A DNA stretch of 64,000 bases from the human T2T-CHM13v2.0 reference genome, Homo sapiens (GCF_009914755.1 NC_060928.1), one strand, 5' to 3'; positions 31,301-46,794 are shown, counted from the stretch's first letter. Translations and numbers: made by a program. Notes: generated by a model from the sequence alone, not told the origin.

Positions 31301-32436
31301 TTCATTTCAGAAATTAGACTTTCATCAAGGAAGGTGAAAGACAGGGACCTGCCTGAGGAGAGGCAGGAAAACGCTGGCCTGCCTTGAATAGTGAGCATGT
31401 GGGCCAGCTCGGGAAGAGGATTCGTGTGTGGTGCAGGGCACAGCAGAAATCAGATGAGGTGGGGCCTCACCCTCCAATGTGTCTCTGAAAGTGGGAGTGT
31501 CATGATTCGAGTGGCATTTCCCAAGATGATTTTGGAGGTCTCCGCATCAGGATGGGACACGGCGGGGATTAAGGCTCTAACTCAAGGTCGCAGCAATGAG
31601 AAGATAGAGAAAAGGGGAAGACTTGGGGGATTATTCAGGAAGAACTAACACTACCCAGTAACTGACTGGATGTAGGAAAGAGAGGCATGACTTAAAGGCT
31701 GTGAGCCTCAAAGGTTCCAGGAGGCTGCCGCACCATGAACAGAAGCAGGGGTGTCGGTCTGAGGAAGGTGCTGGATTGAAGAAGGGGAAAGGGTGGACTT
31801 GGGTTTAAATTTGCTGAATTTCAGGTAGCACCTGGGCCATGAGGAGGCACTGAACCCCAGTGGGGAGACCAGAAGTGCCAAGGCAAGCACTGTCTAGCTG
31901 ACATTTTAGCCCTGGGAAGGCTATGTGGGGTCCTTTGGGTGGAAGGAAGACAGATTTGGCACTCCCTCTCACTAGTTTCTCCAGAGGGGGTTCCATCAGC
32001 TCACTGCTGACCACCTGGCCCGTCCCCACCCCACCCCAGGTAAAGCAGATAAGTGAATAGCACGGCCTTGCTTAGCTTCCAGGCACGTATTTGCAGGGCC
32101 AGTCCATCTAAGAGCAGACCATTCAATACAATGCTGCCCTGGTGACCGCGTGCCCAGGTCTTGTGAGCTGAGTTCCTGGCTGATTGCTAGTTACCTCTGG
32201 ATTAATAAGACACCTCGTTTTGGGTCCAATCTTTGATGCTGAGAATCTTCGTAGGGAGCATGAAGTCTGTTTTTCTCAAGTGGACATAGTACTCAAATAT
32301 CTCACTACGATGACTGTCAATCTTGTGATATCTCACAATTATCACTGTAATTTTGAATTGACCACAGAACATGCACAGAAAGTTGCTTCTTGCAATGTGT
32401 TGGTTGCTTGCAAACAAATCTCTTATTTGATGATGC

Positions 32437-32908
<472 letters not shown>

Positions 32909-33776
32909 TGAAGCAAATCCATGAAGGACTTGAAACCATGTTCAGGTGTGCAAGATGGTGAGCTCGCTCTGGTAACCATGTGATAGATGAGGTAACATGG
33001 GGCTGTGCCAACAACATTGCCCAGGGATGAGCTAACGTATTCAGCAGAGCTCCCCTAGGAAGCTGGAATACCTACACTATCATCCTAATACCAGACTGGC
33101 TGAGGTCCACACAAGTTGAATCAGCAGGCTAGGTTTTGAATTGGTTTGAGGACCTGGAAGAACTGACTTTATAGAGAGTGCTTTCCCGAGACGAAACTCC
33201 CTAGTGATGTTAACATAGCCTTGGAAACACATTTTTTCCACATCTCATGGGCCTGTCCTGTCTGGACTATGACTCACCTTAAATACAAGATATTAAATGT
33301 TTTTGCTAGCGCTTTCTTATTCTGCAAGCACTGAATTGGGTGGGAAGTTCCCATAGGAAACTTATTGCTAACCACGTGGATGGTCACACCTGATTCTGGG
33401 ATTCCTAGAAGCCTAGATAGTGAGTTTCCCTAGGAAATTTCTCCTTCTTTTTTTGGGATGAGATCTTGTTACATTGCCCAGGTTGGTCTTGGACTCCCAG
33501 GAGTCCAAGCTCAAGCCATCCTCCTGCCTCAGCCTCCTGAGTGGCTGAGACTACAGGTGAGCAACCACCAAGCCTGGCTAGGACACTTCATCTTGGAGTC
33601 CCTGCCCACTCTCAGGCCCCTACATACTAACCCAGTGCCTGGTATCCTCAGACATCAGGAAGGGTTTCTTGAACTACCTGTAAGGGGAGGCTCACCCATC
33701 TTTAAAGCTTAGTCTCTATCCATAGGCCCTGCGCTGACTAACAAGAATTGCAATCTGCTTAGAAATAGATGTGCTT

Positions 33777-34138
<362 letters not shown>

Positions 34139-34639
34139 CTACTTCAGGAGAGTTGGACTTGCTAAACCTCCTCCTGAAAACATTTTGCGAAGCTGAAGGC
34201 CGAGGCCTGAACTCCCTGGGAGGATGCTACAATGGGGCCAGTTCTGCTGTTCCCTGTACACTCGGACAACCAAGGAGGACCAGGAGACTTAACACCTTGG
34301 GTCTTTAGTAGAAGACTAAAGTTCTTCAGCTCCCTGAGAACCAGACAAGTGTTAAGCACCACTCTGCCCAAGGAAAAGATTTACACTTTAGAAATCCCAG
34401 CAAATCCTTCAGGCCAGGCTGACGGCACTGGAAAGTGCCTGTGGGGTCCGACAGTGCAGTATAGGGTGACCCTCTTAGACCAGGAGCTACCAAGCAGAGG
34501 TTTATTCAGTCTCCAGAAGGCTATGCAGGTTGGAAAAGATTTCATAGCGGGGCATCTGCAGAAATAGGCAGCAGACACGCAGAGCCTCAGCCACCGGGTA
34601 CTGGCCTCTAGGAAGGATTCTGTCCTGCAGGATCTTATC

Positions 34640-34780
34640 CAGTGGTTGCCAATCCTGGCTGCACACTGGACTCATCTGGGTGTGTCGAAAAAAATGCCCA
34701 TTCCTGGGCTGCACTCCTAGTTTCTCACTGGTCTGGGCGTGGAGTCTGGTACAGGTATCTTAAAAAAAACTCCCTAGGTA
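34640..34780. mobile_element. MER5-like hAT fragment
   Basis: CAGTGGTTGCCAATCCTGGCTGCACACTGG start. Confidence 0.6.
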
Positions 34781-36424
34781 GAAGCACTCAATTAAAACAT
34801 TGTTTTTGAGTAGGAGATACTCAGATGATTAGGAAGACAGGAAGGTGGAAAGTTAGAAAGGAGGAGAGGGGGACAGATTAGAAGAAATTATGTTCGTAGG
34901 TCTTTTTGGGGAGTGAGAGACCAAGTACTACTTGGGAGGTGCCAGTATTCACGGGGAATTGAGAAAATCCAGCGGACTGGTTCTGGGTGAAGGGTACAGA
35001 CACCTGATAACACCAGCACCGCCACCACTTCAATCACGCGGGGGTGGACAGGGTCATCGCGGTTCTCCTTCTGGACTGCTTTCCATTTTCATAAAATAGG
35101 GCAGTCATCTCCCACCTGCACCCTGTCCCTCTTCTGCCCTCCTCATTCCTGCCCTTGACTGTTCTGTATGGAGATGGGGCTCTGTGTCTGGAGTGCATGG
35201 GTCTTATCTAAAATCCCTCGAACTTGGGAGCCGCCCTTTGCTCATTTCTGGTCCGATTGCCTCTCTGTTAAGACATTCGGTTTGGCTTTAAGCGGGCAAG
35301 GAGGAGGTTGAAAAAAGGGATCTCTGTGTGCGAATAGCCCCCTTCAGACTTCCGTGGAGCAGAGCGCAGGGCGTGATGGCTGCTTGGCGGGCGTCTGGCG
35401 TTTGTACTTGCGTATGTTTTTACCCTCCAGGCCCCGGACTCCCATTGTCACAGCCCAGCCACCGTGACTCCCTGGCAGACAACCCCAGACGTTAGCCAGC
35501 AGCGCATAACTGAGCTCCTTCTGCTCTTTCTCAGTGTTTTCCTCTTCTCCAGCTTGGCCCCTCTGGTCATTTTCTGAGCCGTTTTGTGATGTCTAGAGAC
35601 TGAAAAGCTGTCTGTTATCTATCCCATCCTTTGCTCATGCATTCTTTGCTGAGTGTTCTCAGATTTTCTCTCAGCTTCCTAGCAGGATTTCGTGTTTCTT
35701 CTCCCATTTTTGGTATTTTCTCTAGTGTCGTCCCTAAGGCTGAACCTGGAATAGAATGCTCCTCTTACGCTAGTGTAGGGCTAGTTCTTCTCGTGTGTGT
35801 GTCTTGGGTACTTAGGATAAGTATTACTGTGTGTTTGAGTTCAGCTACAAGACAATTTTTCTGAGTGCTAAGAGGAATTGAGAAGGTGCTAGATGTGGGT
35901 GCAGTAAACAGTCTGGGCCAGGAACAGCCAGACTGTTCAAGTGAGGCTCAAAAGTGCCAAATAGCACTGCTCTGAAATCAGGGAAATGGGGATGTCTCTC
36001 TGATCACAGGAGAGGAGGACCTGCCTGGTGAGAACTGGAAGGCTTTGCATAAGGAATTTACCATTTAGCAAGGCAAGTCACCCTTGCTTTTATCAGGCTG
36101 GGGGACAGAGGAGTCCATCTGGCTGGGTGTGAGCTGTGAGAAATGGGAACAAGGTGAAGCAAAGCTATGCCAATGCACGTGGGACATGTTACCTCACAGA
36201 AGGAGATTGCAGGGGCATGGAAATACTCTTTTCTGCTCTTATTGGCATTTTTCACATCAGAAATCTCTGCATTGGCACTTTGGCTAATTTTAGGCAGTGA
36301 TTATTTTTCTTTAATTAATGGTGCTTTCTTTTTTTGAGTTTTGTTTTTTATTTCACTTGAATTATTAGTTCCCTAACAGTGCAGGGAGACACAGAAAGGA
36401 GTTTTTCATGATTTCTATAGTAGA

Positions 36425-36727
<303 letters not shown>

Positions 36728-37740
36728 GTAGATTGGGTTTTAAAGGTGAGGACATTATGCCTTTACAAGGACTGGGAGAAACTACATGCAAAGTATCCTA
36801 ACGGTCACGTGAACCTGGGGCTTATTGTAGAACTTCCAAAGGCATTTCTTCTAGAGCAACCATCAGTTCTGGCCTTGGAGATTTTATTCTTTTGTTTATG
36901 TAAATGAAAATAATTTCCTCATAAAACAGGGGATTTCAGATTTGGCGCCTCTTCAGAGCAACCATACATAAAAGTAGGAAACTCATTCTTTAGAGGCACG
37001 AGGAAGAAAATGTTCTCAGTACTCCCGAAATTGGCCTTGGAGCTGCTGTTTATGCCTCCCTCATCCTTGCTTTTTGGGTATGTTCTCAGGGAGTCTCTTT
37101 AACAACATGTGTGACCCTTTTAGGAAGCTGGGCACTTCAAAGATAATGAATGGATCTCTGAACTTGGCTAAGGCAGCAGACTTCAAGCACTAAGACAATG
37201 CTTTTTCACAAACACCAGCTGCTTGTCAACAAGGGGGAAGAGGTAGAAAGTAATCCAGGTTTACCTAGTCCTTGGGAAAGGGTTATGGTCTGAGCCAGTA
37301 CATCAGCTGAACTGACACTTGAAGAGAAGAAAGCTCAAAGTAAACTCAAATAGAGAAAATAAGAACAAGACTCTTGGGATACATATGACTTTGACCTGTC
37401 TCCAAATTTCCACCCCATATCCATGGGAGCTTGGCCTCTGTGGAGAACAGGGAGTCATGGTCTGTGGAACAGAGAGAGAGAAGATTAATCCCATTCACAA
37501 AAAAGTCGTGGGTAATTTTTTTTAATCAGCAAGGAGCATTTTAACTTACAAAAAAATAAGGAATAATAATTCCATAAATATTTCATAAGGTTAGCACTAG
37601 CTAGCTTTCCTCAATGGCTTGTAATGTGCTCAGAAGATGATTAAAGAACAGATCTTTCTGGAACATACTGATCATCATATGTTAAATCAGGCTGGACAGA
37701 AGTTCAATTCCTAATAATTAGGGAACATAAAAAAATGTCA

Positions 37741-39204
37741 GAGGCATCACGTTACTTGACTTCAGACTATACTATTAGGGCTACAGTAACCAAAACAGCA
37801 TGGTACTGGTACAAAAACAAACATCTAGATCAATGGAATAGAGAGCCCAGAAATAAGCCTGCACGCCTACAACCATCTGATCTTCAACAAAGCTAACAAA
37901 AACAAGCAATGGGGAAAAGACTCCCTATTCAATAAATGGTGCTGGGATAACTGGCTAGCAATATGCAGAAGATTGAGGCTGAACCCCTTCCTTACACCAT
38001 ATGAAAAAATTAACTCAAGATGGATTAAAGATGTAAATGTAAAACCCCAAACTATAAAAGCCCTGGAAGACAACCTAGGCAATACCATTCTGGACATAGG
38101 AACAGGTAAATATTTCATGACAAAGACACCAAAAGCAATTGCAACAGAAGCAAAAATTGACAAATGGGACCTAATTAAACTTAAGAGCTTCTGCACAGCA
38201 AAAGAAACTATCAACAGGGTATACAGACAACCTACAGAATAGGAGAAAATATTTGCAAACTATGCATCTGACAAAGGTCTAATATCCAGCATCTGTAAGC
38301 AACTTAAACAAATTTACAAGAAAAAACCAACCCCATTAAAAAGTGGGCAAAGGACATGAATGGACACTTTTCTAAAGAAGACACACATGTGGCCAATAAG
38401 CATGTGAAAAAAAGCTCAACATCACTGATCATTAGAGAAATGCAGATCAAAACCACAATGAGATACCATCTTACACCAGTCAGAATTGCTATTATTAAAT
38501 AGTCAAAAAACAACAGATGCTGGCAAGGTTGCGGAGAAAAGGGAACACTTATACTCTGTTGGTAGGGGTGTAAATTAGCTCAACCATTGTGGAAAGCAGT
38601 ATGGCGACTCCTCAAAGAGCTAAAAACAGAACTACCATTTGATGCAGCAATTCCATTGCTGGATATATACCCAGAGGGACATAAATCATTCTACCATAAA
38701 GACACATGAACAGGAATGTTCATTGCAGCACTATTCACCATAGCAAAGACATGGGATCAACGTAAATGCCCATCAATGACAGATTGAATAAAGAAAATGT
38801 GGTACATATACACCATGGAATACTATGCAGCCATAAAAAAGAATGAGATCATGTCTTTTGCAGGAACACGGAGGGAGTTGGAGGCCATTATCCTCAGCAA
38901 ACTAACACAGGAACAGAAAACCAAATACCACATGTTCTCACTTACAAGTGGGAGCTAAATGATGAGAACTCATGAACGCAAAGAGGGGAACAACAGACAC
39001 TGGGTCTACTTGAGGGTGGAGGGTGGGAGAAGGGAGAGGAGCAGAAAGGGCAACTATTGGGTACTAGGCCTAATACCTGGGTGATAAAATATGCTGTACA
39101 ACAAACCTCCATGACACGAGTTTACCTATGTAACAAACCTGCACATGTACCCCCAAACCTAAAATAAACTTTTTTTAAAAAAGAATATTTAAAACAAAAA
39201 AAAG
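37741..39204 (+). mobile_element. 5'-truncated primate L1 (older L1PA): end of ORF2, 3'UTR and A-tail
   Basis: ORF2 peptide INSRWIKD...[20 protein letters not shown] broken by stops; TSD AAAAATGTCA at 37731-37740 and 39205-39214. Confidence 0.95.
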
Positions 39205-39604
39205 AAAAATGTCATCTAATCATCATCAACTTTAATATCTATCCCTATATCTAGAGCACTAACTTGTACTACTGCTTCGTTGAATTAATTCCTTAAGGGG
39301 AAATTCCTATGGAAAATGGTTTAAAAGGTGAGAAAGGACTACAATAATAACTAACTAAATCACATTTCAGCATTGTATAGCATTAAGCAGGTGAAAACAT
39401 GGAATGGATTAATTTGTCCCAGTCCATCATGAACTAAGTGATGTGCTGGGTCACATGAGGAATAGAAAGATGTTAGGGTTGGACTCCTGTCCCATAGGGA
39501 TTTACAATCAGGAAGTGAAGACAACTATACATGCAATTATAAAACAGGCGAAGTGCAACTGGTCCTACGATAGAAATACAAATATAAAAAATAATCTCCT
39601 GGGC

Positions 39605-40076
39605 TGTAATCCCAGAGTTCCCAGACAAATGAGGTCTGGCTGCTTGTTCTCGAGTCCAATAACAAGATGCAGACAGACTGGGAAAGGAGGGAGTTTATTT
39701 TTGCAACCAGTTACAGGAAGAAGGTCAGAGTAACTCACCAGATCAACTCAAAGTTACAAGTTTTCCTTTAGCTTATATACACAATTCAAGCTCTATGTCT
39801 ACTTGTGGGAGTGTTTCTTAATCTAATTTTAACTATGGGTCTGTGGGTAGGAAAGTTTCTTAAGTGGGTCTTGGTGCACGCTTTGATCCCTCAATCAGGT
39901 TTGAGGTTGAGGAAGTCCAGGTAAGGTTTTAATGGGTTTGTTTTTGCATTCGAGCTTTCTTACTCAGGCACCAGTTACCCCAGTTCGCTATCCATTGTTT
40001 TCTACTTCTGCTTTAATGTTTAACTTATACATTCCTCATTACAGCAAAGGGTTTATGGAGATCCAGCCTCCTACAC
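39605..40076 (-). mobile_element. Probable ERV solo LTR
   Basis: TG...CA termini, minus-strand AATAAA near 39694-39699, ~470 bp length; family not identified. Confidence 0.5.
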
Positions 40077-40487
40077 CAGCACTTTGGGAGGCTGAGGTGG
40101 GAGGATCACTTGAGCCCAGGAGTTTGACACCAGCCTGGGAGCCTGGGCAATATAGTGAGACCTCATCTCTAAAAAATAAAATATAAATTAGCCAGGCGTG
40201 GTGGTGTGCACCTGTAGTCCCAGCTACTCAAGAGGCTGAGGCAGGAGGATTGCTTGACCCTGGGAGGTCAAGGCTACAGTGAGCTATGATTGCGCCACTG
40301 CTCTCCAGCCTGAGTGACGGGGCAAAAAATTTTTTTTTCCTGTAGTCCCAGCTACTCGAGAGGCTGAGGCAGGAGGATTGCTTAAACCCAGGAGTTTGAG
40401 GCTGTAGTGCCTGTGATTGTGCCTGTGAATAGCCACTGGATTGCAGCCTGGGGCAACAGCGAGATTTCGTCTCTGAAAAAAAAAAAA
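40077..40487 (+). mobile_element. 5'-clipped Alu plus an extra right-arm monomer
   Basis: CCTGTAGTCCCAGCTACTC occurs twice; two tails. Confidence 0.85.
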
Positions 40488-40605
40488 TTCTTACTGAGTA
40501 GGTCAGAACTAAATTCATGAAAGAGGAAATGGGCTTTCAGGCAAGGGGATCAGTATGTTCAAGATGTGGGAAAACTGTGTGTCGTTTGCAGGAAAAATAA
40601 AAATA

Positions 40606-41190
40606 CAATAGTCCACCCTTATCCCTTCAGGGGATACTTTCTAAAACCCCCAGTGGATGCCTGAAACTGTGGATAGTACCGAACTTTATACAGTATATAT
40701 TAATAGTATATATTAATACTATGTTTTTTCCAATATTTTCCTATATATACATACCTCTGATAAAATCTGTTTTGTAAATTAGGCACGGTAAGAGATTAAC
40801 AACAGCAACTAATAGTAAAATAGAACAACTATAACAATAAACCAAATTTATTATTCTTGCGCTTTGGGGCCATTATTAAGTAAAATAAGGGTTTCTTGGA
40901 ACACAAGCACTGTGATACCATGACAGTCAATCTGACAGCCGAGACAGCTACTGACTGACTAATGAGTGGGTGGTGTTGACAGCGTGGATACCCACACAAA
41001 GGAAAAAATTCACATCCCAGCCTGGACAGAGCTGGATGGGGTGAGATTTCATCACGCTACTCAGGACTGTGTGGAATGTAAAACCAGAAAGTGTTTGTTT
41101 TTGGAATTTCCCATGTAATATTTTCGGACCAAAACTGACTGCATATAACTGAAACTGGAAAGCAAAACCATGGATGAGGGCGGACTCCTA
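40606..41190. mobile_element. MER44-like TcMar-Tigger element
   Basis: Degenerate TIRs CAATAGTCCACCCTTATCC ... GGATGAGGGCGGACTCCTA with TA flanks. Confidence 0.8.
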
Positions 41191-41234
41191 TACTTTACAT
41201 TAATAATGGGCTTTACACCTCCCAGATAAATTTT

Positions 41235-41380
41235 ATTTTTATTTTTACTTTTTTAAAAATAATGAGATAGGGTCTTGCTACGTTGCCAGGCTGGTCTCAA
41301 ACTTCTGGGCTCAAGTGATCCTCCTGCCTCGGCCTCCCAAAGTGCTGGGATTACAGCTGTGAACCACAGCACCTAGCCTC
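41235..41380 (-). mobile_element. Alu monomer, followed by a MIR fragment (about 41400-41560)
   Basis: Single antisense arm; CATTTTACAGATAAAGAAATTGAGG MIR core. Confidence 0.8.
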
Positions 41381-42359
41381 ACAGCAAGTTTTTATAGCCA
41401 TTACTTCATTTTGTTTTTCCTAGCAATCTTGTGAGAGAAGCCAGTCATTTTACAGATAAAGAAATTGAGGTTCAGTGGGACTAAGTGTCTTGTGCGAGGT
41501 CACACAGACTGGAAATGGGGTGGGCAGGACATGAATTTAGGTTTTCTGAGTCCAAACCCAGGGCCTCCCCGATGCTACCATGATACCTGTCTACATAATC
41601 CGTATGGCTGGAGTGTTGTGTCTCATTTTGCTTTGTTGGAGAGTGAGGTGTTTGCGGAGAAGAAAACAGAATCTTAAGAACTGTAGGCCAAACTAGATTA
41701 CAGAGGTTTTCAATGTCAAGCCAAGGAGATTAGTTATGTCTACAAGCTACCAAGATAGAAAGAAAAACAAGAAAGTAAAAGCATTAATATATTTTGGAGA
41801 AAAGGTCACATATTGCTGGAATCATAAACCGGTGTCATGGCTTTACTATTTGCACCCGGTCTGAAATGTTTCTGAGGTGTTATCTGAGTGGTTCTGGATA
41901 AGTAGCTTAGACTTGCAACCCCAAATAGGTGGGAATCATCCTCCTTTTACTGAATTCTGGGTGGATGATAACCCCATCGTGGCCAAATGGCTGAAGTCCT
42001 ACCCATATCTTAGAATAAAGTGATCTGGGAACCCGAGCCCTTTTTATTGGATTTTAATGTTTTCAATCAGTGTTTAATGTGAAAATCAGTATTTGAAAAT
42101 ATGCTTTGTGTTTCGTCTTGCAAATCATTAAAAAGATGCCATATGCATAGAATTACCTTGTATGGCAGGAATCCTAGGAAAACTTTAAAAGTCAATGTTA
42201 ACACTTGGTAAACACTCCTGGGTAGAGTCCAGCAATCCTTCTATTAGAGAAAATGTTTTCTCTCTGGGATTTGAAATGTTTTAGATTTACATCTTCCTCT
42301 TGAGAAAAACTTTCTAACTACCAGAAAGAAGATAATGGTCCTGAATGAATACATTTACT

Positions 42360-42880
42360 AAACTGTAAAATCCAGAATAGATAAGATCTGGCTCTGGGTA
42401 GCTTTTCCCAGCCTCATTTCTTGCCACATCCCTCCTGAACCCTGAGCTCCAGCCATAATGAACTTGCTGTGGCTCCTCAAGCATGTCTTGTCCTCCCTAG
42501 CCCCTAGCCTTTGCACATGCCATTTTTTTCTAGAATATTCCCCCCATTTCCCACCCCTCCGTAGCTTTGCTTGGTTAACTCCTAGATATCCTGTATGTCT
42601 CAGATTAGTTTCCTTTTTGTTTGACAAACCTCCTTTGACCTTTCCTCACCTCTCTTCACTCCTGAATCCAACCCCTCCAACTTAGAATGTGGGCCTGGTT
42701 CTTACATGACTCTCCCTTATCATAGCATTTTCACAATGCATTGAAATTGCTGCATACCCCATTAGATCGTGGGCTCTGTGCTGCTAAGGACCAGTCAATT
42801 GATTCTCTCTAGTTCTTTCCTGTGTTCCAACGCCTGGCGTTGAGCAGGTAATCAGCAAACTGCTGAGTAGTTGAGTGAAC
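42360..42880. mobile_element. L2 fragment
   Basis: CTCCAGCCAT..GAACT..CTG, GCCTTTGCACATGC and TGAGTGAA-type end. Confidence 0.65.
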
Positions 42881-43473
42881 CAATGTCACTACCAAAATAC
42901 ACAGTTTAGTATTTTCCTATGAAGGTTTAAATAACAAGAGTTTAGGAACCATTCCAAGAAACTGGCTTTTGTTGTTGCAGATCATTGAAAAGATTTTCAG
43001 GGGACTCTGGACTATGCTAGACATAGCTAGCTATGACTACTTTTATTCCACAGTTTGTAGAAGGGCATGGTTTAGCATTTGGAAAAGATTCAAGTGCAGA
43101 GATTTTGATTAACTGTGACCTATTTACAAATTGGTCCTCAGCTGTTTGTAGGTACAAACAGGTCAATGTTTGGGTATGCCCTTTTTATGTTTCTGACTCA
43201 GCCACTCAACTAGAGCAATAAAATGACCAGAGTTGCTGATTCTCAATTTTTACCCTTATACTAACATAGATCGTAAGTTAAATATCTATAAAACAGTAGC
43301 AATTTCATTTAAAAACTTAGATAAAACCCAGGAGATAAAAGATAAAGATTAACGCTGTAGCAACATATTCCTTTATTAGTCAATTTATAAAATTTAAAAA
43401 TTGGAGGTTAAGTGGTCAGATTTTTTAGTGGGAGAAGCCCGAGTGACATTTAGAGTAACGATTGAAAACTGCA

Positions 43474-43785
43474 GGCCGGCATGATGGCTATCACCTGTAA
43501 TCCCAGCACTTTGGGAGGCCAAGGTGGGCAGATCCCTTGAGCCTAGGAGTTTCACAGCAGCCTGGGCAACACGGTGAAACCCCATCTCTACCCCTCCAAA
43601 AAACACACAAAAAATAAAATTTAGCTGGGTGTGAAGGCATGTGCCTGTGATCCCAGCTACTTGGGAGGCTAAGGTGGTTGGATCCCTTCAGCCTAGTGAT
43701 CTTCCCACCTCGGGAGGTTGCAGTGAGCTGAGATTGCACCACTGCACTCCAGCCTGGGTGACTAAAAACAAACAAACAAATAAAA
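43474..43785 (+). mobile_element. Alu (AluJ-like)
   Basis: Dimer; AAAACTGCA TSD. Confidence 0.92.
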
Positions 43786-45483
43786 CTGCAGAAGTGCAAG
43801 TCTGTGTTGACAAGCAATATTTTTATATTGGGAAAATGGATTTAAAAGAAACAACCAGCAAAGCATAAGCCTCAGTTATACAAAGATGTTAAGAACATTT
43901 GTATGGTTTTAAGAGAAAAACATGAATTTAGATTCTATTTCCCAACATGAAGAAACTGCCGATTCCACAATGCAGAGGGAAATCTCTTGCTAAGGTGCAG
44001 ATCCTTTCTAGTGAGCTGGGTGACAAGAGAAAGTATAGAGATTCTCCTCTTGTGATAAATAAATCCTTCCCTACTAATATTTTCATATTCCTAAATGATG
44101 GTATAGCCAATGAACTTGAGACTTAGAAGGGCCCTGAGATCCATCTTGACCAAATCTCTTATATAAGAGGCCCCAGGGGTTAAATATTTGCCTCAGCTCA
44201 TTCCTAGATAACGGCAGAAAAGGAACTAGAATTACAGGAATTCAACTTCTTGCACTTTATTAATAACATAGCAAAAACATGATCTGTTCTCAATTGGCTG
44301 GCTACCATGGAAACAGTGCGAAGCTAAGAGATTAGGAAGGTGCTGAGGAAAGCCATTAAGCATCCACAGCTCCACTGCCTAGGCAGATGGTCAGCAGGCA
44401 GTTTAGTTGTGGGAGTATTTCCAATTTGCATGAATGAAACATGGACAAATAAGATAAGGCTGGCTCCAGGGAAGTAATTCCCCCAGTTCCCCTGAGCCTT
44501 GGATCTGGAAAACTGCAGCCCATCCTGGAATTAGGGAACATCACAAAACGTACTGGGGAGAACTCCCCATGTGGCCTCGGCCCACGCCAGAAGGCGGTCA
44601 AGGTCCCAGGTGCCGGCTCGCCCACAAGCTATGGCTAAGACAGAAAAACAAAGGAAAAAAAGTCCTCCCCAAACACACACATAAGCAAAACCCATCTTCC
44701 TGTGTTCTCTGCCAAGAGAGCTGGAGCAAAAGAGATGAGTTTGAGACTCTGATTCATCCATCAAGACAAATAAACTCAGTCTATGGAGGTTAGCAGGGCA
44801 ATTTGTGAAGCAAACAAAAGTTGAGTTTTGGAAAGGGGCTCTGAAGAAAATGAAGATGACATACCAGGAATTTAACTTCATGACAAGAAGAGAAAGTGAC
44901 TCACTCTTGACGCGTGGAGTACTGAAAATGCCAACAGGCAAACACCCCCAAAAGGCAGCTCCAGAGACTATCCGGCCACGGCGTCGGCCCTCCTCCCAAT
45001 CCGCAAAAATGTGCAGTCTGAGTTCCGAGCTAGCGTCCTGCTGAGCTGAAGGAGCATCTCCAGTGGAGAAGACGGCCCGATGGCACCGTTCCATTTCAGC
45101 AGCAGCAAAAGAAGCTCTGATTGGTATAATGCACTTCCTCCAGTGGCGCCAAGCTCCTGGGCTGGCCTGGGGCATCCACCCTTGCTCTTTGGTCAAAACC
45201 ACTGTCTTTACCTGCATTCACTTCTCTGGTGGCCTCCTGGCCTCATCCTCAGGAAATCTCTAACACATCTTTGAGTCATTTACTCCATTCCCGTTATCTC
45301 TCTCTGCTCCACGGTCCTCACTCCCAGAGGACTCTCAGGGTTGTCTGGCCAGGTGTTCCTTTGCTCCCTACCCCCATCTCCAGCCCCAGCATGGACCATA
45401 GCTGTGAGTTTGTGCTCAGACTCCATACACTCTTTGTCCCTGAGTATCACTAGAGTATCTGGTTAAGGTCCCATCCACCCTTC

Positions 45484-46278
<795 letters not shown>

Positions 46279-46794
46279 TTAATTGTTTTAAAAGAAGAAA
46301 AAAAAACTGAATAATACAACATCTTTGAACTTTCTCCATCATCAGCTAGAGTTCTTTCTTAATTAATAATCATAATCTCTTTTTGGAAGGTTTTTTTTTT
46401 TTTGGTGTGTTTTTAGTCATAAAGTCCTCTCTCCAAGAATTAGGGTAAAAAACCAAAAACAAAACAAAGTATCAATAACATATTCAAACAAAGTCCTCAT
46501 GGATGGACAGTTATTTATTTGGGAACATTATGAGTTGACCCCAAGAAGATGTCTGCAATGATGATATATATTTTCAAGGGCTGTTCTTAACATGTTCTTT
46601 GTACCTGCCATCCTAGAATCTTTTATGTTACTTTCATCATTATACGAAAAAGAGCTGGAACTTATATCCTCCCAGGGACCCCAAAACGTAAGCCTTAACT
46701 GTGAGCCTCTATAACCTTAAACAGTGCATGGAAGACACAAGGGATTTTTTTTTGTTAGTCTTGTATTTACACTTTAAGAAATAATAAGTGAGAT

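Noticed and set aside
37867-38513. ORFs resembling LINE-1 ORF2 or its antisense
   Set aside because: Fragments of a 5'-truncated, stop-interrupted L1; not retrotransposition-competent
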